From Eubacteriales bacterium (GTDB lineage: Bacteria > Bacillota > Clostridia > Oscillospirales > CAG-272), in NCBI GenBank assembly GCA_045588085.1, contig JAZNDN010000002.1, positions 1 through 59,451 on the forward strand: a stretch of 59,451 nucleotides of DNA, read 5' to 3'. This document shows, in pieces, positions 50,970 to 59,451 of this stretch; within the stretch, counting starts at the first letter, position 1, and each line of letters begins with the position of its first letter. The translations under genes and the position numbers were made by a program. The notes beneath the pieces were generated by a model. It saw only the letters and a program-made list of their open reading frames with translations. It made no database searches and was not told the DNA's origin.

Positions 50970-52784
50970 TTACTCTATTACGGTAACAAAGGTTGCATCC
51001 TTAATTTTTGCTCTCAGATGGATATTATAAAGTTCAGACGCTTTCCAACGCGATTCTATTACATTGTCGTACGCCGGATAGGCTTCAATTTCCGCACTGA
51101 GCCGTTCGTCGTAGCGCATAACTCTTCCCTCTGTAAGCTGTACACGGCATCCGTCAAGAAGCTTTGGCTCTCTGTGCGTAACGAAATGGATATCCACCTC
51201 GCGCTCTCCGTCAAGCTCAAATTTATCCGTTATGACGGCTTTTGCATCTTCTATTCCGCATTCGCGTACGTAGGAGATTATGCCCGCTTCCTTTGGATAT
51301 GCCCCTTTTATCTGCATTGACACCTTGCCGCTTGACTCGTCGTAGCTTTCATGCTCGGTACGGTACTGAGCACCATGGCATTGCAGGTATTCTCCAACGT
51401 TGACTGTGTTATGATATCCCGATGAATGAGTAGTAAGAGTATAACGCTTGGGACCGAAGGTTTCCTTTTTGTATCCGCCGACACCCGTATCAATAAGAAC
51501 CGGATTTCCGCCATAATAAACCACTACGCTTCCGAGGTCGTTATGGTTATGACTCGTACCGTTATTACCTCCGCACATGCATACGAACATTCCCTCCGAG
51601 GTGTTCTCGGACTGCCTCGTGTATCCAACCTTGAGGTCTGGGAACCAAACGTTTTTAGGCGCTCTGAATTCACACGGCTCGGGACTTTTGGTAAAGAGGC
51701 TTCTGTAGGAGCGATAAGCCGTTGCCTGAGATACGGAATATCCGGATGAGTATTTCATCATGTGTCCTGCAAAGCTTCTTAACATATCGGAGTCTGTCTT
51801 CTCGCCCATTCTCATAAGAAGCTCGGGATTGTATACGTTTATAGGACCCGCATCAGCAAAATTTATGCTTAGGTTTCCGTGAATATTGTATTTTGCAGCA
51901 AACTCAAAAATACGCTTTACGTGAGGCTCTTTATAGATATCAATTTTTCCTCCGGAAAGGTCGTAAAGCAAATCAAGACAATCAAGCAATCCTCCGCAGG
52001 ATGCAGCCCAGTATCCCGGTCCTTCATCGCAGCCACCGTCGTTAAAGTAATTGAGCGTGTATGAATTAATCGTCATCATTGCCTTGTCAAATACAGCGCG
52101 ACGGATATTTTCATCACTCTCAGCGATAGCTATCGCAATAAGCATATCGCTGGTTATCCAAGTACCCCAGTTAATTACCTTACTGTCTTTTGCACCGTCC
52201 CACCAGAACGAACTCCGGATATAGGGATACAGTGCCTTTTCTCTGAGTTCTTTGATTATTCTCTTGTTGATATTCGGAGTTATACTATCGAATATATCCT
52301 TGCAAATCATATAAACGAACGACAACGTTCCAACCGTCATACCGGTTCTCAAATCAACCCCATGCATCTGCCCGTTTTCGTACACGGGCGGCAGTATCGG
52401 GTCTGCGCTCATGCCCGCATCGCGCAGATGCGCCGGGTGTATCCACACAGTTTCCTCAAGAATACACCACACGAGGTCGATAATACGGTTTACAAATCTG
52501 CCCTTGCCCTCAAGGCTCTCGGCAATAGCGCAAACCAAGGCTCCGTGCCTGCGCTCGTAAAACTCGGGAATTGTCTCGGGCGCAGTTCCGTTGTAGTATC
52601 CTATAAATGAAGATATCGGAATTGCGAAAAGAGGTCTTTCAAGCTCCGCCTCGGCAAGCTTTATTATGGTTTCTGCCTTTTCGGGAACTGCTTTAAGCTC
52701 TTTTATGTCAGACAAGAGCCTGACTTTGTCAAAGGGAAGTAAATCATTTACGGTGTATCCGTGCTTATGTAATAACTTTTCCAT
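50970..52784 (-). CDS. Heparinase II/III-like family protein (putative oligosaccharide lyase)
   Basis: EETVW.HPAH, NWGTWI, DGGCDEGPGYW, NFAD, HNHNDLGS, LIDTGVG.Y, S.YHN. Confidence 0.82.
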   Translation of the reverse strand: MEKLLHKHGYTVNDLLPFDKVRLLSDIKELKAVPEKAETIIKLAEAELERPLFAIPISSFIGYYNGTAPETIPEFYERRHGALVCAIAESLEGKGRFVNRIIDLVWCILEETVWIHPAHLRDAGMSADPILPPVYENGQMHGVDLRTGMTVGTLSFVYMICKDIFDSITPNINKRIIKELREKALYPYIRSSFWWDGAKDSKVINWGTWITSDMLIAIAIAESDENIRRAVFDKAMMTINSYTLNYFNDGGCDEGPGYWAASCGGLLDCLDLLYDLSGGKIDIYKEPHVKRIFEFAAKYNIHGNLSINFADAGPINVYNPELLMRMGEKTDSDMLRSFAGHMMKYSSGYSVSQATAYRSYRSLFTKSPEPCEFRAPKNVWFPDLKVGYTRQSENTSEGMFVCMCGGNNGTSHNHNDLGSVVVYYGGNPVLIDTGVGGYKKETFGPKRYTLTTHSSGYHNTVNVGEYLQCHGAQYRTEHESYDESSGKVSMQIKGAYPKEAGIISYVRECGIEDAKAVITDKFELDGEREVDIHFVTHREPKLLDGCRVQLTEGRVMRYDERLSAEIEAYPAYDNVIESRWKASELYNIHLRAKIKDATFVTVIE

Positions 52785-52817
52785 TTTATATCTCTCCTCG
52801 GTAAATTGCTCCTACGG

Positions 52818-54638
52818 TTATTCTAGCGTTATATCAAATTCACCGTTTACGATTTTTGCTCTAAGATGTATTCTGTAAAGCGTATCGCTTCCCCAACGCT
52901 GTTCCTGGGATACGTCATCTACAGCGAATGCTTCAATTTCGGGTTTAAGCTCCTCATCAAAGCTCATAACTCTGCCCTCAGCGAGCTCGATTTTTCCGTC
53001 TGCGCGCAAGGTCGGCCGATATGCACTTATAAAATGAATATCAACCTCTCCAAGCGTCTCGAGCTCAAAGCTATCTTTAATTCTGACAGTGCCGCCGTCA
53101 AGAACGCAGCTGCGTACGTAGGATTTTACACCGACCTCTTTTTCGTAAGCGGTAGCAAGCTGCATCGTAACACCGCCGGTTTTCTCATCGTAAACCTCGT
53201 CTGATGAGCGGTAATCCCAGCCGTTTTTCTGTCCTTTACCGTTAATATCAGCTACGTTATGGTAGCAGGACTGCATATACCAAAGCGTGTATCTATCCTT
53301 TGAGAAGGTTTTTCTTGTGTATGCACCGGCACCCGTGTCGATTAAAACGGGTTTTCCGCAGTAGTATACGGTAACGTTTCCTATGTCGTTATGGCTATGA
53401 GCCGTTCCGTTTGTGCCGCCGGTCACGGCGACCATCATTCCCAAAGAGGTATCGTCAAACTCTCTTGCCGCCATTATTTTCATAGCCGGAAGCCACACGC
53501 GCTTAATTCCTATACTCTTTTCGGATTTTCCAGCGGGAGTTATAAGACTGCGGTATCCACGGTATGGGTGACCGTGTATGCCTGCGGGGGTGTCATACTG
53601 CTCCATAACGTCAGCAAACGAACGAAGCACCTCAGAGCCGCATTTCTCTCCCATTCGGCGAAGCATGGCCGGATTATGAGTCGATTCGGGGGCACAGTCT
53701 GAGAAGTTAAGGAATCTTTTTCCGTGGACGTTCACCTTTACTATGAATTCCATCATATCCCTAACGTAAGGCTCCGAGAAGATATCCACTTTGCCACCGG
53801 AAAAATCGTAAAGAAGCTCAAGGCAATCGAAATATGCCGCACCTGCCGCACCCCAATATCCCGGACCCTCGTCGCATCCACCGTCTGCCATAGCACCGTT
53901 GTTGCTGTAAGCATCTATAGACACAATTGCCTTTTCAAGCACTCTGCCGCGTAGATACTCATCGTCTTCAAGAAGCCCGACGGAAAGAAGAATATTCGAG
54001 GTTATCCAGGGGCACCAGTTGAGAACCCTGCCTCCCGATTCGCCGCTCCACCAGAATCTGCACTGAATGTAAGGCTTGGTTATTCTTTCTCTGACGGAGA
54101 ATTTAATTCTTTCTGATATAACAGGAGAATATTCGTCAAGAATATCCTTACAAAGATAATAAACCATTGAAAGAGCTGCAGCGGTAGAAGCCGCGAAAAG
54201 ACATATACCGTGAAGCTGGTCATGATTATACGCAGATGGGAGATATCTGTCACCTCCGAGGCGCGTGTTATCTCTGTGGTGTGCCGGGGTTACCCAGGTA
54301 GTCTCTTCCATTATCGCCCAGATGATATCCACAAGCTTATCGGTAAATCTGCCCTGACGCTCGTAGCACTCGGCATACGCCAGATTAAGAGCCGCCTCGC
54401 GACGCTCGTAATAACCGTCCTGAGTTTCTTTTCTGTCACCCTTCGTCTCGTAAAGCTTGTAGTGAGAGACGGGAAGTATATTAATAGGTGCTTCGAGTGC
54501 CTTTTCCGCCTTTTTGATAATAACCTTCATTTTTTCATCATCGAGCTTTTTTTCTTTAAGGTCGATGCAAAGGTCAAAATCCTTTGCTGATATACGGCAT
54601 TCCTTGTCTACACCCTTTTCCAGCAAAAATTTAGCCAT
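52818..54638 (-). CDS. Heparinase II/III-like family protein (paralogue)
   Basis: EETTWVTPAH, NWCPWI, DGGCDEGPGYW, NFSD, HSHNDIG, LIDTGAGAY, S.YHN. Confidence 0.82.
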   Translation of the reverse strand: MAKFLLEKGVDKECRISAKDFDLCIDLKEKKLDDEKMKVIIKKAEKALEAPINILPVSHYKLYETKGDRKETQDGYYERREAALNLAYAECYERQGRFTDKLVDIIWAIMEETTWVTPAHHRDNTRLGGDRYLPSAYNHDQLHGICLFAASTAAALSMVYYLCKDILDEYSPVISERIKFSVRERITKPYIQCRFWWSGESGGRVLNWCPWITSNILLSVGLLEDDEYLRGRVLEKAIVSIDAYSNNGAMADGGCDEGPGYWGAAGAAYFDCLELLYDFSGGKVDIFSEPYVRDMMEFIVKVNVHGKRFLNFSDCAPESTHNPAMLRRMGEKCGSEVLRSFADVMEQYDTPAGIHGHPYRGYRSLITPAGKSEKSIGIKRVWLPAMKIMAAREFDDTSLGMMVAVTGGTNGTAHSHNDIGNVTVYYCGKPVLIDTGAGAYTRKTFSKDRYTLWYMQSCYHNVADINGKGQKNGWDYRSSDEVYDEKTGGVTMQLATAYEKEVGVKSYVRSCVLDGGTVRIKDSFELETLGEVDIHFISAYRPTLRADGKIELAEGRVMSFDEELKPEIEAFAVDDVSQEQRWGSDTLYRIHLRAKIVNGEFDITLE

Positions 54639-55137
54639 ATTTTTTCCTCCGTTATTCAAATAGCAAGCGCGAGAGAAGCTGCTTTTTCACGTTCGTTTTT
54701 CTGCGCTTACTTACTAGTAAGTAATTGTCAAGCGGCAATTTAAAGATATTATACTTTTATGTTCCCGGTAAGTCAACCTTTTTTAAGAACTTATCAATGT
54801 TTTGAAAATATTTTTAGGCACTATGACCAATAACGGCACAGTTTTTTTGGCACACAAACCTTTAGCTGCGTTGCGTTCTTAGTGAATGGTGAAATTTTAA
54901 AAAACAATTTTCAAAATATTTTCAAAATGATGATTTGTCAATGACTTTTCCGAAAAAAGTTTGAGATTTTTTGAAATTTTATGGAAAAAGCCTCGTTTTC
55001 AGCGTTCCGAAGCCCCGAAGGGGCAAAGAAAGCATGAAAATGAGGCTTTTTTCAAGCGTTTTTGGCGCGACAAATGGACCGTCGGCTTTTCGGCGGTCTT
55101 TTTTTATGCTATTATTCAATTCAGCCGACTGAATTTG

Positions 55138-56124
55138 CTATTCCAGGACACCGAAATCAAGGTACATAAGCTCCTTACGCTTCTCGATAGGCGTCAGCCA
55201 CTTATGTTTGCCGTCCCGGCTCTTCAACGTACTAATCGGGATATTGTTAGATCTTCGAAGATATGCTTTCATCTGCTTCTGAAGGTCCGCGAACGAATAA
55301 AACTTAAGATATCTGTAAAAACGCTCGTTGTCGTTTCGATGCGAACGTTCAACTTTTCCGTTATGCCGGGGAGTCCTAGGCTTAATCAGCTTATGCTCAA
55401 TACCGTTCTCATCGCAGAACCGGTCCAGAGGGTGAAGCTTATCCAAACGAGTTTGCCGGGTATAAGTGAACTCGGATCCGTTATCGGTCTGTATAATCTT
55501 CGGCTTATAACCAAAATACAGAAAGGCTCTCGTAAGGAAATCTATCGTATTCATAGCCGTTTGTTCTTCGTAAGCGTATATGAAGCGCTCTCTGGTTGCT
55601 TCGTCTATGACGGTATACTGAAAGAAATTACGATCGGCAAGAACAGCGTAGGTCCGACACTCAAACGGCACGAACTTGACGTCGAGCTGCCACTTTTCCC
55701 CAATCTGTTCCGGAGTATCATATGGCTTCGGAGAATACGGCTTCTTCTTCGAGCGGTTCGCATAGAAGCCCTGGCGCTTCAGATAACGGTAAAGCGTTGC
55801 GGGATTCCTGGTATAACCGTAATTAAGGCGCAGCTTACCGTAAAGCTCGTTGAGTCCGATATTAGGGGTTCTACGTATCAGATTAAGTATATGGCGCTTC
55901 TCCTCGTCGGTCTGCTCCTTCGGATGCGGCGTCAAAGGGCGGTGAGATCTGTTCTCAAGGCTCTCAAGCGTTCCGTCATATTGACTACGCCATCGGCGAA
56001 GAGTTCTATCGGTACAGTGATACCTATGACACACAAATTCCGTCGTGCTTGTTTTCCATAACGTAAGCGCTTTCAATTTTTCCTGAGCTGTATACGGTGA
56101 GTTGTAATGCCTATATTGCATCAT
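55138..56124 (-). CDS. IS481-type DDE transposase/integrase
   Basis: N-terminal HTH (RTLRRWRSQY), WQLDVK, QYTVIDEATR, IQTDNGSEF, PRTPRHNGKVERSHR; SD AAGGAG. Confidence 0.88.
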   Translation of the reverse strand: MMQYRHYNSPYTAQEKLKALTLWKTSTTEFVCHRYHCTDRTLRRWRSQYDGTLESLENRSHRPLTPHPKEQTDEEKRHILNLIRRTPNIGLNELYGKLRLNYGYTRNPATLYRYLKRQGFYANRSKKKPYSPKPYDTPEQIGEKWQLDVKFVPFECRTYAVLADRNFFQYTVIDEATRERFIYAYEEQTAMNTIDFLTRAFLYFGYKPKIIQTDNGSEFTYTRQTRLDKLHPLDRFCDENGIEHKLIKPRTPRHNGKVERSHRNDNERFYRYLKFYSFADLQKQMKAYLRRSNNIPISTLKSRDGKHKWLTPIEKRKELMYLDFGVLE

Positions 56125-56243
56125 ATTCTCCTTCACTCTTAAATAATTTCATTTTTACCCCTAATCCTTGACAACGGCTAGCCTTTGCGGTTCTATGGCA
56201 AAAAAAGAACGGACTTTCCGTTCTGCCGAAAGGGGGTGTTTCA

Positions 56244-56339
56244 ATGACAATCAAACAAATTTGCAAATTGATTATAGCTCTTCGCGAACTGCAGATTCCG
56301 GATAGCATAATCATCTACGTTTTGTTACGAATTAAGTAA
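56244..56339 (+). CDS. 31-aa hydrophobic/basic peptide (not in the ORF track)
   Basis: MTIKQICKLIIALRELQIPDSIIIYVLLRIK; SD AAGGGGGTG upstream. Confidence 0.55.
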   Translation: MTIKQICKLIIALRELQIPDSIIIYVLLRIK

Positions 56340-56380
56340 CACCCTCTCCCGGCAAGGACGGCTTGTCCGTTCTTGCCACC

Positions 56381-56409
56381 ATTTTACCACAAAAGCAAGC
56401 CGTTGTCAA
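56381..56409 (-). promoter_or_regulatory. Sigma-A promoter facing the small ORF (antisense) and the transposase
   Basis: Minus strand TTGACA-17 nt-TAAAAT with TGn. Confidence 0.7.
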
Positions 56410-56723
56410 GCAACAAGTAAATTTTTATAAGCCTTCCTCTTCCTATTCCTCCCACACACCGTAAAAATTTTTAGCCTTAAACTGAATTTTTAGCGAGAGA
56501 GCATTAGACGCCACCTTGACATATACGAGCGCCGCGCGATGCGCGGCGGTCAAGGTGCCAACCCACCGACAGTCAGATTTTACCGGGTTTTGAATAAAAA
56601 AGAAACGGCGCTTTGGCGCTAAACCGCTCAAAGTCGCCGTTTTTCACAAGTTTTGACTGATTTTTACAAACACGAAAAGCCTCTGGCTTTCAGAGGCAAA
56701 AAATATATGCACTTTTCAATTAT

Positions 56724-57680
56724 TTATAGACGCAACACTCTATTTTCTCTTTTTTTACGTGATATTTTTGTCATATTTCGAGGCTTTATATCTTCTTCAT
56801 AATCGATAACGTCATTAAAAAGCACATATTTTATGACAAAATCGACCATTTCACAAACGATATCATTATCGTTTACCATATAGTAAAAATCAGACGGTAT
56901 TCCACGAGAATATATGATTCGCTCTTCAGTTTTTTCGATATACTTTAGTATATAGCTCAATGTTTTCCCATTGCGTAATTCAGCTTCGGAAAGCGGCGAA
57001 AAATCATTGATACCAAAACGCGCAGCGAAGAAATCATTATTGTGAGTTATTTGCATCTTATGCTGCTTTAAAGACCAATTACGATATTCTTTTATTGTAC
57101 CTACCATTTGCCCCTCTGGGACATGAAGAAGAGCATGAAAATGTAAACGTCCCGTATCAGGCGCTTTTTCAAAAACGCCCATATAAAGCCAACCTCTACG
57201 AGAATGTAAATTTGAAAGACATTTTCGAAGCTTCTTCCGGAACTCTTCCTCCTCACAAAGCTCACTATCGTACGTAAAAGTTGCAAAATAATTCCAAGTA
57301 TGCAAAAAGGCTTTTCTTCGAAATCTTTTCTTTCGCGCCTGAATATTGTTTTTTGATTTAACAATCTTTTTCGCTACATATTCAGCCAAACCCCAATAAT
57401 CAGGATAAGCCTCTCTTAAAATGCCACATATATAATCTTGCAGTACAGTACCAGAAATACCTTCTTTTATTGCTTTCAGAAAAGCCTCATCAAAAGCGTC
57501 ATCAATAGGCATACGAATACTCTTGGTAAATTTCTTTTTCTTACCCGATTGCATGGGGGGGATAGCAACATAACAGCCACCGTCGTTATAGACCTTACAC
57601 AAAGTATTATGCTTTGCATAATCATCGTACCAAGGCATATCTTTGGTAGGGCGTATATATTCATATTGAACAGTATTCAT
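56724..57680 (-). CDS. HUH rolling-circle replication initiator (two-Tyr type)
   Basis: Motif I FATFTYD, motif II GRLHFHALL, motif III YILKY; SD GAAAGG. Confidence 0.85.
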   Translation of the reverse strand: MNTVQYEYIRPTKDMPWYDDYAKHNTLCKVYNDGGCYVAIPPMQSGKKKKFTKSIRMPIDDAFDEAFLKAIKEGISGTVLQDYICGILREAYPDYWGLAEYVAKKIVKSKNNIQARKKRFRRKAFLHTWNYFATFTYDSELCEEEEFRKKLRKCLSNLHSRRGWLYMGVFEKAPDTGRLHFHALLHVPEGQMVGTIKEYRNWSLKQHKMQITHNNDFFAARFGINDFSPLSEAELRNGKTLSYILKYIEKTEERIIYSRGIPSDFYYMVNDNDIVCEMVDFVIKYVLFNDVIDYEEDIKPRNMTKISRKKRENRVLRL

Positions 57681-57989
57681 AATTCAAACCTTTCTGCCGT
57701 GAGGTTTACCACTTTACCACAACCATAAAGGCTAAAGCGCCGTAACTTGACGGCGTTATGGAAAAGTGGAAAACCTCAGGTTAATTCTTTAAAACGATCC
57801 GCACGTTTACCACAGCCGACTGTGGAAAACGACGCTACTTTCGTCCTTGCAGGACCAGCACTCCTAAAAATAACAAGTAAAAATTATCATTTAGATGGAG
57901 AGGTTCAGAAAACCGAGTTTTATCCCGATGCTGATTACGATGTCTACTATAACGGTTTTAATAATATGGATTCACTTAATTAAAAGCAC

Positions 57990-59450
57990 TTATGCTATGT
58001 ATTTATTTAAATCTGACTGAAAATGACTTTTTTGAAGGTCTCTCTCTGCTTTCGTTGCCATAAGAGAAGCATATTCAACAAAATCGGCAATTGAGACCGT
58101 ATTAGGCAAGTCAAAAATAGAAGACATGGCGTCGGTACAATAACGTGCCGAAAAATCTTTTTTATCCATGCCGTAAAATTTACGTTCCTTAACCTTTCCC
58201 TCAAGACGCCCAGATTCCACCTCAAGATGGAACACCTGGCAGCCGAAGAGTTTTTCATTTCTATCTATATACTGAGATATAGGAGTAGCTATATTTTTAA
58301 ACAAATACATAAAAAGCGTATTATCATCGTGTTCTGACATATAACGCAAATAAGATTTATCATACATTTTTAAAACCAATTTTCCGACAAAGCTTAAAAG
58401 CCAAAACGGAGAGTAAAACGGCAGCACACACGTTTTATCATCTTTATAATCAATAAACACTACCTCACCAACGCTTCTTCCGGCAGCTCCCCAATCTTCC
58501 GGTCTTTGAAGGTCACATAACACCTTAACAAACACACGATTCGCAATAACGGTTGCGTGCCTTATCATCTTAAGGCAAGCGTTAAACAAATCATTTTCCT
58601 GGGTGCATTCATCTGAATCTTCTTCAGTAATAGTTTTTTTCTTGGAACTCTTCCGCTTACGAATCTCAAGCTCGTTAATACGCTCCTTGTCAATCTCCGA
58701 AACAACGTAAACGCCAAAGCCAAGAGCGTTCTTATTCGGATTTTCCTCCAGCATACGCTTTCCGAGACGAAGCATATCAAAATCAATAACATGACAGTAT
58801 CTAGAATACTGACTCTGATATTGAGGATTCCGATGAAAGAAATCGTCGTTAAAAACAGGAAACGTCGTACCATTCTTAACGTCCAAATCTACGCGAATCG
58901 AATAATTGGAAAATATGTAAGACGTTTGTATAGCATACACAAAAAACGCTTGTGCATAATCCTCTATTGCGTCATATACACTTATTACAGTGAGATTATC
59001 ATTATATACATTCCGATAATGCTCCCAGTCATAACCAAATGTTTTATCCACCTTGATTTTTCCCTTACGAACCTTACGCTTATACCAAGAAAGAAGACCG
59101 TTATCATAAAAATAAACGTAATCGTCTCGCCACTCTCTTATCCAACGTCTAATAGAAAAAATATCTACAATGGTATGATCTTCCATTCTTCGCTGAACCT
59201 CAGATCGTAATTTCACCCAGGGGAAATTCGGAAATTTCATATCCGTTTCCAAAAGAATCTCTAAAGCTTGGTCACGAAGCTGTTTTTCTGCAGACAATGC
59301 CAAGGACGTCAACATTCTCGTCTTTCCGGTACCCATATTACCCCATACAACCGTAACCACACCGCGCTCATTAAGAAAACCTCGATTTTTACGTTCGTTA
59401 TGCTCAAGCTTAGAATAACCTTCCTTTTTAGCAAAATAATCAAGGAAATA
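57990..59450 (-). CDS. Zot/pI-like P-loop ATPase (5' end outside window)
   Basis: TVVWGNMGTGKT Walker A, degenerate Walker B VYVVSEID, KMIRH and DLQR matching the Zot RH and Q motifs; frame open to window end. Confidence 0.7.
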   Translation of the reverse strand, partial: YFLDYFAKKEGYSKLEHNERKNRGFLNERGVVTVVWGNMGTGKTRMLTSLALSAEKQLRDQALEILLETDMKFPNFPWVKLRSEVQRRMEDHTIVDIFSIRRWIREWRDDYVYFYDNGLLSWYKRKVRKGKIKVDKTFGYDWEHYRNVYNDNLTVISVYDAIEDYAQAFFVYAIQTSYIFSNYSIRVDLDVKNGTTFPVFNDDFFHRNPQYQSQYSRYCHVIDFDMLRLGKRMLEENPNKNALGFGVYVVSEIDKERINELEIRKRKSSKKKTITEEDSDECTQENDLFNACLKMIRHATVIANRVFVKVLCDLQRPEDWGAAGRSVGEVVFIDYKDDKTCVLPFYSPFWLLSFVGKLVLKMYDKSYLRYMSEHDDNTLFMYLFKNIATPISQYIDRNEKLFGCQVFHLEVESGRLEGKVKERKFYGMDKKDFSARYCTDAMSSIFDLPNTVSIADFVEYASLMATKAERDLQKSHFQSDLNKYIA

Positions 59451-59451
59451 A

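Larger units (their letters stand above)
54936..59451 (-). mobile_element. Integrated filamentous-phage (inovirus/plectrovirus-like) or rolling-circle element, left part
   Basis: Co-oriented Zot/pI-like ATPase, HUH Rep and DDE transposase; visibly AT-richer; hairpin-rich intergenics; left boundary approximate. Confidence 0.7.

Noticed and set aside
54961-56061. 366-aa + strand ORF
   Set aside because: Antisense to the DDE transposase, starts in the hairpin region and has no motifs.
57747-57983. 78-aa + strand ORF between rep and the ATPase
   Set aside because: TTG start inside a hairpin with no SD; cannot be supported, though a short product is not excluded.

Overview
Chromosomal segment of a Bacillota (Clostridia-like) bacterium, inferred from gene content and sigma-A promoters. 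Most of the window is housekeeping or metabolic: gdhA (partial), typA, tRNA-Met/tRNA-Glu, fucO interrupted by a stop, rimP-nusA-ylxR-L7Ae-infB, an OGG1-type glycosylase, rbsK, miaA, galK, recA-recX, azlCD, type III glutamine synthetase, TPP riboswitch-thiT, thiN, trkAH and two heparinase II/III-like paralogues. The last ~4.5 kb is the left part of an AT-richer integrated element. It carries a DDE (IS481-type) transposase, a two-tyrosine HUH rolling-circle Rep and a truncated Zot/pI-like ATPase, which is the architecture of a filamentous-phage (inovirus/plectrovirus-like) provirus. It also holds a 31-aa ORF enclosed by inverted repeats with convergent promoters. Other highlights: a SerC homologue with a consensus promoter that has lost the PLP lysine and substrate-binding residues; a tandem array of tRNA-Glu-derived nested hairpin repeats; an orphan lasso/RiPP-like precursor peptide; and a thiT Shine-Dalgarno separated from its start codon by two hairpins. 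All calls come from reading the sequence by eye; no database searches were run.
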